Assembly (NCBI GenBank): GCA_964016885.1
Contig: OZ024740.1
Location: 1,612,001-1,676,000 of the forward strand
Reading direction: 5' to 3'
DNA from: Eledone cirrhosa
Lineage: Eukaryota
Length of the DNA stretch: 64,000 bases
The translations under genes and the position numbers were made by a program. Under the pieces are notes generated by a model that had not been told where the DNA came from, did not search any database, and saw only the letters and a list, made by a program, of their open reading frames with translations. Shown here piece after piece: positions 1 to 11,074 of this stretch (position 1 is its first letter; every line of letters starts with the position of its first letter).

Positions 1-8
1 CAGATTAA

Positions 9-59
9 AGTTTAAGCAAAGAATCGCTGCTTTCACCCTTAACGGGATCTTCTGAAACT
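9..59 (-). ncRNA. Degenerate type I hammerhead ribozyme motif
   Basis: Minus strand reads AGTTT-CAGAAGA-T CCC gttaa GGG T-GAAA-GCAG cgattct TTGC-TT-AAACT. Stems I, II and III all pair and the cleavage triplet is CUU. The core is CAGAAGA instead of CUGANGA (U4>A). Confidence 0.5.
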
Positions 60-799
60 AACAAAGTCAATCTGTAAACGCAGAAGTGAATATTTCAAAA
101 AGCGTTGCAACCGGAGAAAGACAGGAAGACGATACTTTGGTTCGTGGAAACGTTCGCTGGCAAAGAACGGGGAAAAACGAATATAATACGTCATTAATAG
201 GAGCGGTGAAAAACAATTACATGCAAAGACAGGACCACGTTTATGGTATAAAAGAAGTCGTAGACTAATAATAAATATACATATATATATATATAAGCAA
301 AGGGATATTTAATTTGTTGGTAATTCAACAAATATATATATTTATAACTGATTCTCTATATAAATATATCATATGCAAAATATATGTTGTTTACACATGA
401 AATTACATTTGTCATCCTATAAACAATTAAAGCAACATCATATCAAATTTAGCAGAAACGTTCTTTCAATGCCACCATCTTTACTAAGGTTTCCTTACTC
501 TATCCAATTATAACGTGCTATATAAAACGTAAGTGTATTTATATATTTCGTTTACTTTCGAAAAACATATGTTGTTTGCACCTGTAATTACATTTCTCTC
601 TTTTACAAACTGAAACAACGGTATTTCAATTTTTCAGAAAGTAAAACAATTATCTATGATTCCATTATTGAAATACATTACTTGAATTATTTTCCGCGAT
701 AAGTCCCCACAAGTCTGTTCCACTAGGGTTGACGTGGAGCTAAACAAGTGATCTAAGTAGGGGGTAGGTAAGTAGGTGTGTGTGTTGTGTGTGTTTGGT

Positions 800-1010
800 G
801 AAGGCGTGTGGCTGAGTGGTAAGAGAATTGGATTCACAATCGAGAGGTTCTGAGTTCAATTCTTGGACCCGGCGATGCGTTATATCCTTGAGCAAGACAC
901 TTTATTTCACGTTGCTCCTTCTACCTGGAGTTGCGAGTGATAGAGAGTATTAGCAATTGCGAAGACCAACGGAAACATTGTTTCCTCGGTCCGATTTGAC
1001 GAAAGCCAAT
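800..1010 (+). mobile_element. tRNA-derived SINE with CORE-like central domain
   Basis: A-box-like TGGCTGAGTGG and B-box-like GTTCAATTC, then CCTTGAGCAAGACACTT (CORE-like) and a GGAAACATTGTTTCC palindrome. Related copies lie at ~17880-17990 and ~38500-38710 (-). Confidence 0.7.
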
Positions 1011-1122
1011 CGACTATCGATATATATATATAACCAAAAGTTAAGCAAGGTTCATTGATTAATCAATGAATATAGTTTTACAATAGATTAGAAGCACTCA
1101 ACAAAAAAGTTTTCTGGAGTTA

Positions 1123-1208
<86 letters not shown>

Positions 1209-1224
1209 TAGATAACTAGATAAT

Positions 1225-1390
1225 AGATATATTTTATTCATAGTTGTATAAATAACCTTACAAATCGATTGCAATTCTTTCAGAATGAAAATATAAACAG
1301 AGCATATAAATAAATTTACAGTAGAATAACAACAAAAATGTTTTAAATATATACATAAATAACATTAGAAATGCTTCGGTAACATTATAG
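1225..1390 (-). repeat. Dispersed AT-rich repeat, probable 3' UTR of the CRE-like LINE
   Basis: Closely similar to 9415-9580, which lies directly downstream of the CRE-like ORF on the minus strand. Confidence 0.6.
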
Positions 1391-1487
1391 ATGATGATAA
1401 TAGATTGATTGCTGAAACAAGCGGGGATATACGGTTGAACGACAGAGGGGTGGAGGTATTTCATTCACAGAAACATTGACATCAATT

Positions 1488-1850
1488 TCCTTTTCCACTC
1501 TTCCATCTTCTACCCACACCCCTTCCACTCTTCCATCTTCTACCCACACCCCTTCCACTCTTCCATCTTCTACCCACACCCCTTCCACTCTTCCATCGTC
1601 TAGCCCACACCCTTCCACTCTTCCATCTTCTACCCCACCCCTTTCCACTCTTCCATCTTCTACCCCACCCCTTTCCACTCTTCCATCTTCTACCCACACC
1701 CCTTCCACTCTTCCATCTTCTACCCCACCCCTTCCACCGTCTACCCCACCCCTTCCACTATTCCATCTTCTACCCCACCCCCTTCCACTCTTCCATCTTC
1801 CACCCCCACCTCGTTCACTTTTCCATTTTCTAACCACACCCACTTCCACT
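1488..1850. repeat. 30-bp pyrimidine-rich minisatellite (CCTTCCACTCTTCCATCTTCTACCCACACC)
   Basis: About 11 tandem units. It explains the STLPSSTHTP and VEDGRVEG ORFs. Confidence 0.95.
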
Positions 1851-1964
1851 CATTAACTCTGTTGCTCTTGACTTAATTGAGAGTGGAGTTGTAGTTAAGA
1901 AATTACGTGTTTATTATACTGTCTGTGGCACTAGTCACGTGTAGTTTTACATACATATACATGC

Positions 1965-2190
1965 TGCACAGGCATTACTTTATATCTGGAGATTTCTCTG
2001 CACTTGTCATCACATGGTACCATGGACCCAGCACTATGTGTCAGTAATTGTCACAAGTGTAGTGTTTGTACCAGAGTTTTCAAGTCACTGGCTAGACTAA
2101 AAAGTCACACTCGTTCAGTGCATCGGTAGGGGTTCTCCTACATGGATATAAAGTAGTGGCCGTACTCGAAAACGAGTTGGCAGCCACCAT
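1965..2190. mobile_element. Partial copy of the dispersed element at 6980-7415
   Basis: Near-identical to 7190-7415. It ends in GTGGCCGTACTCGAAAACGAGTTGGCAGCCACC followed by (TA)n. Confidence 0.8.
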
Positions 2191-2327
2191 ATATATAGTA
2201 TAGTATTATAGTATAGTATAGCATATATATATATGTATATATATATATATGTGTATATATATATAAATATAAATTAGCGAGAATCGCATTTCGGCTATTG
2301 GAAATTAGCGAAAAAAATATATATATA

Positions 2328-2506
2328 GGAATATGTTCAAGACCCCGACGGCAGAGTTCGAGCCGTTTCGACGGCTATTTCTGGACTGAAATAGCCGTTG
2401 AAACGGGGTGTTGAACATTTTCCTGTTACCTACTCTACTACCCTAAGTATTGAGTACTCTGGTGCGTTATGGTCCATCTGGTTCCTTACCACACTTCCTT
2501 CGTTTT
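2328..2506 (-). mobile_element. (TA)n-flanked short foldback element
   Basis: Long palindrome at 2328-2424 (inner arms CCGTTTCGACGGCTATTTC / GAAATAGCCGTTGAAACGG) plus a GAGTACTCAATAC...GTAGAGTAG motif. An internally deleted copy lies at ~17285-17385 in the opposite orientation. Confidence 0.7.
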
Positions 2507-2540
2507 TATATATATATACATATATATATAAACGAATACG

Positions 2541-3056
2541 TACGTCTGTATACATATATGTATGTACGTATACATACTTATAATTAAGTAACAGCCGTAC
2601 TAAGAGTGGGAAATGAAATTTCATTTTTTCCGTTTATCGTTTTCGGTGCACCCGGCCGATTAACCCACTCGATATGCAAATTGGGCTACTCAGCCGTTAA
2701 TATGCATAAGGTAAGTATATACGTTCAACAATCTGGTAGGAAGGTATACGTTGCTGACGATAGCTAATAAGCTTGAAACTAGTACAGCGTTCCTTTGTCA
2801 GTGTTGAACAAACGAGCAACGATGGTTGCTAAACGCTACGGCTTAATACGGGATGTTTGTTTACAAACACACCGAGCATTATAATAAATGTTCGGTGAAT
2901 CCATACGTGCATATATATATGTGTGCATGTATGTATATATATATACATACTACTGTACGTCTGTATACATATATGTATGTACGTGTACATACTTATATTT
3001 AAGTAACAGCCGTACTAAGAGTGGGAAATGAAATTTCGTTTCATTTTTTCCGTTTA
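2541..3056 (+). repeat. ~100-bp direct repeat (2541-2637 / 2957-3056) bracketing the hammerhead; pseudo-LTR-like
   Basis: TACGTCTGTATACATATATG...AAGTAACAGCCGTACTAAGAGTGGGAAATGAAATTTC...TTTTCCGTTTAT occurs twice. Confidence 0.75.
2748..2790 (+). ncRNA. Minimal type I hammerhead ribozyme
   Basis: ACGTTG-CTGACGA-T AGCT aata AGCT T-GAAA-C ta G-TA-CAGCGT. 6-bp stem I, intact core, GUA triplet, palindromic ACTAGT stem III. Confidence 0.8.
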
Positions 3057-3289
3057 TATATATATATATATAAGATATATATATATATATATAAGATATA
3101 TATATATATAAGATATATATATATATAATATATATATATAAGGTGCGACGACACCCACACACGTATATATATCCTCTATTCCTCTTCTCTTTATGTATAT
3201 ATATATATATATATTGGTACCCTTGAAATATATATAATAGAATAAATATGGTTTTATAAAGATAGTTTCCATTTATTAATATCATATAT

Positions 3290-4561
3290 ATGGGGTCATC
3301 GGACTCGGCGCAATTAACGGATCTTGTGGGGCTTTTTATTAACAATACTTTACATAGGAAATTACCAGAGATGACCGGTGGTTTATATCGTGACGATATG
3401 CTATTGCTTATTGAAAATAATAATAATTATGAAATCAACAGGAAAAGAAAAGAAATTATATAATTTTTTAATAACTTTAATCTTAAAGTAGAAGTAGAGA
3501 ATAATTATAAAATAGTTAACTTTTTAGATGTAACTTTAAACCTTAATACTGGTCTTTATTATCCATTTCATAAAATCAATGAGAATTTAAACTATGTTAA
3601 CTTTAATTCCAATCACCCCAGATCCGTTAAAAACACTATTGTAAATTCTGTGCAGCAACGTATTTCTAGAATTTCAGCGAATAAAAATATATTTGAAGAT
3701 AAGGCACAATATTATAACGAAGCTTTAAGTAGAGCAGGCTATAATAATGAAATTAAATATATTCATAATAAGGATGTGCCAATTAACCATAACTATAATT
3801 ATAATTATAATAGGAAACCTTGCACTAACTCGAAAATCAAAAGAAGAAATAGAACTAGAAATATATTATGGTTCGCTCCCCCTTTCTCATTAAGTATTAA
3901 AACTCCAATAGCTAAACTATTTTTTAAAGCTCTAGATAATTGTTTTCCCAAGACACACAGGTATTACTCAATCTTTAATAGACATACTATTAAATTATCA
4001 TACTCTACTACTCTGAATTTAGCGCAGAATATTAATAGAATTAATAATAGAAACTTAAAACTTAACCAGAATAGCATTAATACCTCTAGAAATATCCAAT
4101 ATAATGTTACGGCTCCCAATAATAAGAATTCAGATAAATGTAATTGTAGAAATAAATCTAACTGTCCTCTAAATAATAACTGTTTAGTTAAAAATATAGT
4201 ATACAATTGTAATGTCAAAACCAAAGATAATTCCTTCAACTATGTCGGCTCTACTTCGACAGACTTCAAATCTCGTTTCAATAACCATAAATGTTCCTTT
4301 ACGAATATTACCAAGAAATCTTCAACTTCTTTATCCAACTTATTATGGAATTTAAAATCTAAGAATATAAACTACTCTTTATCTTGGAATATTGTCTCCA
4401 AAGCACCATCTTACACAGCTCTATCCAAATTTTGTAGCTTTTGTGTAGAGGAAATATTCTTTATACTAAAATCTAAGAACTCTGTTAATTTGCGGAATAA
4501 TTTATTTAGTTCTTGTAAACATCGGTTAAACTCAACTTTTAGATATATATATAAAATGTAA
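3290..4561 (+). pseudogene. PLE RT/GIY-YIG ORF remnant with one in-frame TAA at 3461-3463
   Basis: Same frame as ORF 3650-4561. YRDD is at 3386-3397. One premature stop, and the N-terminal RT motifs are absent. Confidence 0.85.
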
Positions 4562-4938
4562 TATATGTTCATTCTTCCTTACATAACGTTTTCTACATCC
4601 AAACACCTATAATCTCTTCCCTCAGATTATATATATCAATATAATTCTAACCTTCCTAAATATATAAAGTACACTTATTAATTTTAATTTACTCCTTAAA
4701 ACCTTTACTTTCTAATACTTATATTATCGCATTCTACAGAAATTCTTTTATGAAAATGTTTTGAAAAATTCTAAAAATTTTTAAAATTCTAAAAATGTTT
4801 TGAAAAATTCTAAAAGGTAATATCCGTAGTGGTAGAGCACTCAGTCCATGGGACTAGTATTGCCTGTGTGAAGTGACCGGGTTTCTGCGCATGCGCGTTC
4901 GTACGGTTGTCCTTCCTGTTCCTATAACCGTGCCCATT

Positions 4939-4978
4939 CCGAGCTGAGGATCTGCTAAGGGGAAACAATTGATCTCGG
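4939..4978 (+). ncRNA. Hammerhead-like motif in the PLE 3' pseudo-LTR (cleavage triplet defective)
   Basis: CCGAG-CTGAGGA-TCT gctaa GGG-GAAA-C aatt G-AT-CTCGG. Stem I is 5 bp, but GAT stands where GUH is required. Confidence 0.6.
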
Positions 4979-5070
4979 TATGGTGAACTAACCGTTGTGT
5001 GACCACTTCTATATATATAAAAATGAAATAACAGGAGGCTGGACTGGTGTAAATCCTTGAAAGGTTTATT

Positions 5071-5128
5071 ATACTATGATCATTTCAATGACCGGGTTCC
5101 ATATGAATCCGGTGATATCATCAGGTAT
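5071..5128 (-). ncRNA. Type I hammerhead ribozyme (left arm of the inverted repeat)
   Basis: Reverse complement of the 6187-6244 motif. Confidence 0.78.
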
Positions 5129-5337
5129 TGGAAAATAACAAAGGAATATGTAAAAAGCCATGGGTCCGAAAAATCAGAGACAGAAAGAACGGCTGACCAA
5201 CTAGCTTCTCAGCCAGCCGCCCTCAAAGTGTTGGCACCTGAAGACTACCAATGAATATCTGGTGAGGGGGCGAAGGCTTATAATGCGCTACCACCACTCC
5301 GTCAAAGAAGGGGAAGAAAGAAAGAAAGGGAGAAAGA

Positions 5338-5577
5338 GGTAGCGAGATTTATTTATTTAATGAACTTACGGAGAGAGTGTTATATGAACATTTTTTTTTA
5401 ACTCAATAAGGTATTAGGATGGGATATAGAGTAAAGAATTCGATTGGGAGTCCCCGCCAGGGACTCCCAATCCTAATATCTTATCTAATATCCCATCCTA
5501 ATATCTTATCGAGTTAAACATTTTTTTCATATAAGACTCTCTCCGTAAGTTCATTAAATAAATAAATCTCGCTATTT
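5338..5577. repeat. ~240-bp palindromic (foldback/MITE-like) element
   Basis: TAGCGAGATTTATTTATTTAATGAACTTACGGAGAGAGT... pairs with ...ACTCTCTCCGTAAGTTCATTAAATAAATAAATCTCGCTA. The apex is GATTGGGAGTCCC/GGGACTCCCAATC. Confidence 0.85.
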
Positions 5578-5714
5578 CTATTTTTCAATTTACCATTTTG
5601 CAATTAAATGTTTTTAATTTAATTTAATTTCATCCTATAACTCGCAACATACGTTTAACGTTCCAATCTTCGGTTCACACATTAGACCATACAGACACCC
5701 ATTATAGATTCTTA

Positions 5715-5908
5715 GGGCGGTGGATTGGCAGTATCGGTAGAGGGTTGGGCGCTATGCTTTGAAGCATATAGTTACTTCCCTTTATGATCCTAGTTCAAAT
5801 CCCGCCGAGGTTAACTTTGCCTTTCATCCTTACGGGGTCGATAAAATAAAGTACCAGTAATGCACTGGGATAATTGCTGGCCTTGTGCCAAAAGTAGAAA
5901 CAATTATA
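5715..5908 (+). mobile_element. tRNA-derived SINE (family A, Meta/MESC-like central domain)
   Basis: TGGCAGTATCGG A-box and GTTCAAATCC B-box, GCCTTTCATCCTTACGGGGTCGATAAAATAAAGTACCAG core, TGCTGGCCTTGTGCCAAAAGTAGAAACAATTAT tail. Confidence 0.9.
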
Positions 5909-6186
5909 GATTCTTTGGGTAGCATTTTTTTCGCGGCATTTTCTAACATGAATGTAGTTTGACCCTTACACTACACTTCTTTCTCCCTTTCTTTCTTTCT
6001 TCCCCTTCTTTGACGGAGTGGTGGTAGCGCATTATAAGCCTTCGCCCCCTCACCAGATATTCATTGGTAGTCTTCAGGTGCCAACACTTTGAGGGCGGCT
6101 GGCTGAGAAGCTAGTTGGTCAGCCGTCCTTTCTGTCTCTGATTTTTCGGACCCATGGCTTTTTACATATTCCTTTGTTATATTCCA

Positions 6187-6244
6187 ATACCTGATGATAT
6201 CACCGGATTCATATGGAACCCGGTCATTGAAATGATCATAGTAT
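6187..6244 (+). ncRNA. Type I hammerhead ribozyme (right arm of the inverted repeat)
   Basis: ATAC-CTGATGA-T ATcACCGG...CCGGTcAT T-GAAA-T gatc A-TA-GTAT. Intact core, AUA triplet, palindromic ATGATCAT stem III. Confidence 0.78.
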
Positions 6245-6482
6245 AATAAACCTTTCAAGGATTTACACCAGTCCAGCCTCCTGTTATTTCATTTATATAT
6301 ATAGAGAGAGAGAAGTGTGTAACGAATGCCAAACACTGACATACTAAAAATATAACATCTAATTTGTTAACTCCATTCATAAAACCCGCACATTTCTGCT
6401 ACCTACCTCATCTTCCTGTTAACATACATGCAATATATGATTGATTGATTGATGTATGTATGTATGTATTATGTATGTATGA

Positions 6483-6945
6483 AATTATTGCTTACAGTGC
6501 TCAGGTGCACTACAACTCATCAAATATGCATGTATAGTACATAGAATAATTGTTTCTACTTTTGGCACAAGGCCAGCAATTACCCAGTACATTATTGGTA
6601 CTTTATTTTATCGACCCCGTAAGGATGAAAGGCAAAGTTAACCTCGACGGAATTTGAACTCAGACCGCAAAGGGACGTAACTATGCTGGAAAGCATGGCG
6701 TCCAACCCTCTACCGATACTGCCAAATGTCAGGGAAGTGAATAGTATATGAGTTATGATATACATGTGTGCGTGTGTATGGAGGGGAAATATTAGGTGTA
6801 GCGTTGGTGAATCTCAGGAAGCATGGAGGTTTTAAAGGATGCTGTCCCGACAGCTAATAACTTATGCCGGGAGTTTGTTCCATGGAGGTTTTAAAAGATG
6901 CAGTGTCTCGACAGTTAACAACTGATGCAGGTAGTTTGTTCCATG
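6483..6945 (-). mobile_element. CR1/L2-type LINE 3' fragment
   Basis: Minus strand ATGGAACAAACTCCCGGCA...TCCTTTAAAACC encodes WNKLP...SFK, typical of CR1/L2/Jockey RT C-termini. The segment is locally duplicated. Confidence 0.55.
6546..6727 (-). mobile_element. SINE family A copy inserted in a CR1/L2-type fragment
   Basis: Reverse complement of the 5715-5908 consensus. Confidence 0.9.
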
Positions 6946-6979
6946 TATGGATGGATGGATGGATGTATGCATGTATGCT

Positions 6980-7413
6980 CTAAAGTCAATGGCCATCCAA
7001 AATCACCGGGAGAGATGACCCCTTAGCTTTTGTCGGGGCAGAATTCTAGGAGAAGGAAAACTCTGATATAACACCTGCAACCCTGATGGTATCCAATGAT
7101 GTTGGCTTGTTCTTTTTGGTGGGTATCATCTTGGTTAAGAGAGTGGGACTGGCTTTGTGCAGTGCCTTTGCTCACTATAAAAGCTTCACGGCACAGGCAT
7201 TGCTTTATATCTGGAGATCTCTCTGCGCTTGTCGTCGCATGGTGCCATGGGCCCAGCACTATGTGTCAATAATTGTCACAAGTGTAGTGTTTGTACCAGA
7301 GTTTTCAAGTCGCTGGCTGGACTAAAAAGTCACACTTGTTTAGCGCATCGGTAGGGGTTCTCCTACATGGATATAAAGTAGTGGCCGTACTCGAAAACGA
7401 GTTGGCAGCCACC

Positions 7414-7415
<2 letters not shown>
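6980..7415 (+). mobile_element. Non-autonomous dispersed element with an RTE-5'-like motif
   Basis: Contains CTAGGAGAAGGAAAACTCTGA, which from recall resembles RTE 5' regions. A second copy is at 1965-2190. Flanked by (TATG)n. Confidence 0.55.
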
Positions 7416-7446
<31 letters not shown>

Positions 7447-8500
7447 TGTATGTATGTATGTATGTATGTATGTATGTATGTATGTATGTATGTATGTACG
7501 TACGTGCGTGCGTGTGTGTGTATGGGTGTATGTATGTATGTATACATGCATGCATGCATGAGAGTGTATGTGTGTGTTTGTGTATATGTGTCGCTATACA
7601 CCACACCAAATTATATCTATACATAAATTTGAGCGACTTCCGTCCGTCACACAATGTGTGAGTGTGCGTGTTTATGTGAATGTATTTGTGCGTGAAAGGA
7701 AGGAAGGGGATGGTGAAATAGCAAAACAATGGCTGGCGTTCCTTTTGCTACGCTGTGTGTGAGTGTATGTGTGTTTGTGTAAATGTGTGTATGTGTGTGT
7801 ATTTGTGTGAATGTGTGTTTGTGTAAATGTATGTGTGTTTGTGTAAATGTGTATGTGTTTGTGTGAATGTGTGTGTGTTTGTGTGAATGTGTGTATTTGT
7901 GTGAATGTGTGTGAATGTGTGTGTTTGTGTAAATGTATGTTTGTGTAAATATATGTGTGTTTGTGTGAATGTGTGTTTGCGTGAATGTTTGTGTGAATGT
8001 GTGTGTTTGTGTAAATGTATGTGTTTGTGTAAATGTGTGTGTGATGTGTATTTTTGTGTTTGTATTTGCGCGTTTATATACTCATACGTGTAAATGTATG
8101 CATATGCACACACACACGTACACGTCAGCGTGTTGAAAAAATTCTAGTATGCTGTATTACACATCACCATACTATATTCCGTCAGAACACATAAATACAA
8201 CACACTAAATCACACTATACATTATATATTATGTTTGCGTAGGTGTATATATTTATATATAAATATGCACACTCATATACGCGCACTCTCTCTCTTTTTT
8301 CTCTTTTTTCTTGCTCTTATTTATGCGTCATACATATGTATATAAAAATGTGTTTTTATATCAAAGCTCACATTTATATATATATGTGTTTGTGTATGTG
8401 TTTGTGTGTGTTTATGTGTTTGTGTATGTGTGTTTATGTGTTTGTGTATGTGTGTGTTTATGTGTTTGTGTATGTGTGTGTTTATGTGTTTGTGTAGGCG
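7413..8500. repeat. (TATG)n and TG-rich compound microsatellites
   Basis: Direct inspection. Confidence 0.9.
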
Positions 8501-8670
8501 TGGAGTGTTCTGGATTGCAAAGCTGTGTCAGTGTAAATGAAGACGCCTTTGGGGAAATGTGTGTTTGGAATGACTGCAGAGTGGCGTAACTTACCCTCAC
8601 CTAGTCTGAGAAGAAAGAAAGAGGTTTGGAAATGTTACTGAGAGATCTTACTGAATGTGGAGGATTCGTG

Positions 8671-8824
8671 AGCTGGAATGGCTTTTCCAGTGCGTCTCCT
8701 TCACTTCCCTCCGGGGAAACCCTTCTCTATACTGTCCGTTGGAGCTGCGGGGCAGCCAACGCGTGGGCCCCCATTTGCTAACAATAGTGAGAGATAGGGA
8801 GAGCGAGAGAGATGGGGGCAGTGA
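8671..8824. repeat. Diverged GC-rich dispersed repeat (copy 1; copy 2 at 19792-19919)
   Basis: Shared blocks AGCTGGAAT, CCTTCTCTATWCTGTCCG, AACGCGTGGRCCCC and GAGATGGGGGCAGTGA occur in the same order. Confidence 0.75.
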
Positions 8825-9084
8825 GTGAAAGAGAGAGGACATCAACATTTATTTATTTATTTTCATTTAAGCTGTTGTGTTAATGATAGAAATAGAAGTT
8901 TGGAAAGTGTTGGTCTATTAAATAGACATTAAATTTTAAGTCTTTTATATCAACTCATATGTACCCGATGTCATTTCTATGATAGTAAAGTGGGAGTTGT
9001 CTCCCCCTACATTTCTCATTCAGACATGAAAATCACACCATCTTAATCTCATAAGTTAGACATCGGAAACTTTCTGCTTTAAAT

Positions 9085-9220
9085 TGGTAGAACCGTTAGA
9101 ACATCGGACAAAATACTTTGATGTATTTATTCCGGCTCTTTACGTTCTGAGTTCAAATCTCGCCTAGATTAACTTTGCCTTTTATCCTTCTGGTGTCGAT
9201 AAAATAAAGAACTAGTGAAG
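9085..9220 (+). mobile_element. Diverged SINE family A copy
   Basis: TTCTGAGTTCAAATC...AACTTTGCCTTTTATCCTTCTGGTGTCGATAAAATAA. Confidence 0.75.
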
Positions 9221-9414
9221 TCTCTAAAAAGTCTAAAATCTGTCTCGAGCTCGGAGGCTGATAAGGCCGGCGTTTATCTCGGTTTCCGTGGCAAGAAGCG
9301 ACTGAGAGTACAAGACCCCCACCCCCATCCTATGACATTATAATCGAAAGTCCCACACCCTTACCAGTGAAGTACTGGAGTCATTATAACTGACTTTTCG
9401 GTTACCCCAAAATA

Positions 9415-10280
9415 TAGACATATTTATTTCATAAATAACATTACAAATCGTTTGCAATTCTTTCAGAATGAAAATATAAACAGAGCATAAAAATAAATTT
9501 ACAGTGGCAGTGGAATAACATAACAAATATGTTTTAAATATATACATAAATAACATTACAAATGCTTCGATAACATTATAAATAGTTCGCGATTCTTTCA
9601 GAAAGATTTATTCTTTTAATGTTGCAATATTAAAGAAAATGTAAAATACAGCAACATCGCGAGAAGTACTGGGCAACCTCTCTAATGATTTTTTAGGCAA
9701 GCCAGCACACTGGCTGCGTTGCCTTGGGTGATGGCGAGGCTGGTGCGCTGAAACAGCCAAGCGCCCTCGCAAGATTCGCCAGTTACCTCTATTAGGCGAG
9801 CCGCCAGTGAGGAAAGGAACCTCGCAGTCAGCGGTCCGACTCCCCCAAACGTCTCGAAGGCAACAGGCTGAAAAATGTAGCTGGCCGCCGACAGATCAGG
9901 GTATTTGAGGGTCTTACTCCGCTCGGCTGCAGAAGCTGTGGCTCTCGTCCTAACCGCAGCATCCAGGACGTGGGAAAGAGCAAAAGAGTCACTAACAGTG
10001 ACGCCCCAGACAAGGAACCTGCCTCTCGACCAGAGGCACAGGGTAAGGCCGTCACTTCTGGACAACCCAACTCCTTGTTGGAACTAGTCCATGTTGGAGA
10101 GGATGCTGCAAGCGTGGGTGGAGGAAAGGAAGCAGGGGAGAGAGAGGGACGAACACTTACGAAGACCAAGATCCCCAGGGCAACGCAGCCTGATCGCGGG
10201 ACTCCGGAGAGAGTCTAACATTGAACAGGCACTCGAGTCTCTCGAAGATTAGGTCGTCGAAGCGTTGGAGGCAGGACGTA
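9415..10280 (-). mobile_element. CRE-clade non-LTR retrotransposon 3' fragment (restriction-like endonuclease + 3' UTR)
   Basis: ORF 9682-10065 reads RSDGLTL.W.RG..LVW..T..D...KY......FQPVAFETFG...LFQR.SLAI.QGNAASVL, the PD-(D/E)xK RLE signature of CRE-like elements. The catalytic region is degenerate. Confidence 0.8.
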
Positions 10281-10409
10281 AATCTGTGAGAGGGGCTGAC
10301 CCTGAGCCTTGGACCCCAAAAATTGTGCCTAAATTAGAAAGTATCTTTATTAATTAAATATCTGCTAACTTCCTCCACACATTTTTTATGTAATGACATT
10401 GAGAACAAA

Positions 10410-11050
10410 CCACCATCGTTATAATCACTGGCATCATCACCGTCATCACCACCACCATCACCGTCATCACCACCACCATCACCGTCACCACCACCATCAC
10501 CGTCATCACCACAACCACCATCATCACCACCATCACCGTCATTACCACAACCACCACCATCATCATCATCACCACTACTACCATCATCACCGTCATCACC
10601 AGAACCACCACCATCACCGTCATCACCACAACCACCATCATCACCACCCCCACCACCATCACCGTCATTACCACAACCACCACCATCATCATCATCACCA
10701 CTACTACCACCATCACCGTCATTACCACAACCACCACCATCATCATCATCACTACTACCACCATCACCGTCATTACCACAACCACCACCATCATCATCAT
10801 CACCACTACTACCATCATCACCGTCATCACCAGAACCACCACCATCACCGTCATCACAATAACCACCATCATCACCACCACCACCATCATCACCACAACC
10901 ACCACCATCACCACCGTCATCACCACCACCACACCCATCATCACCACCACCACACCCATCATCACCATCGCCATCATTAACAAAACCACAACCAACACCA
11001 CCATTATAATCGTCAGTATCACCACCACAGCCATCATCTTCGTCATCATT
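10410..11050. repeat. (CAC/CAT)n trinucleotide-based array
   Basis: Explains the poly-His and poly-Val/Met ORFs. Confidence 0.95.
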
Positions 11051-11074
11051 ATTAATTAATTAATTAATTAATTA

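Larger units (their letters stand above)
3290..5010 (+). mobile_element. 5'-truncated Penelope-like retroelement (RT + C-terminal GIY-YIG endonuclease), Hydra-clade-like
   Basis: The frame from 3290 gives MGSSDSAQLTDLVG...GLYRDDMLL...VNFLDVTLNL...SNHP (PLE RT C-half). It continues into a CNCRNKSNC linker and IVY...YVGST...FKSRFNNH...CSFCVEE...CKH (GIY-YIG). The 3' UTR has a hammerhead-like motif and ends at (TA)n. Confidence 0.9.
5021..6294. repeat. Inverted repeat with 317-bp arms (5021-5337 / 5978-6294)
   Basis: The arms are reverse complements with two mismatches seen by eye. Both outer ends abut (TA)n. The pair explains the twin 65-aa ORFs. Confidence 0.95.

Noticed and set aside
3461-3463. 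Recoded stop (selenocysteine) in the PLE ORF
   Set aside because: The codon is TAA, not TGA, so it is best explained as a nonsense mutation.
5238-5280. CTGAAGA-CTACCA...TGGT as another hammerhead (mirror copy at ~6035-6078)
   Set aside because: No GAAA, stem III or NUH follows and stem I does not close.
5715-5810. tRNA genes at SINE heads
   Set aside because: A and B boxes are present but there is no cloverleaf. Each head continues into a multi-copy SINE body.
5057-6258. Twin 65-aa ORFs as a duplicated small gene
   Set aside because: They start with TTG, lie antisense to a ribozyme, and are duplicated only because of the inverted repeat.
7380-7415. HDV-like ribozyme at the GGTGGCTG...GGCCACT terminus
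   Set aside because: It folds as a simple nested hairpin, and I could not place the P2/P3 double pseudoknot.
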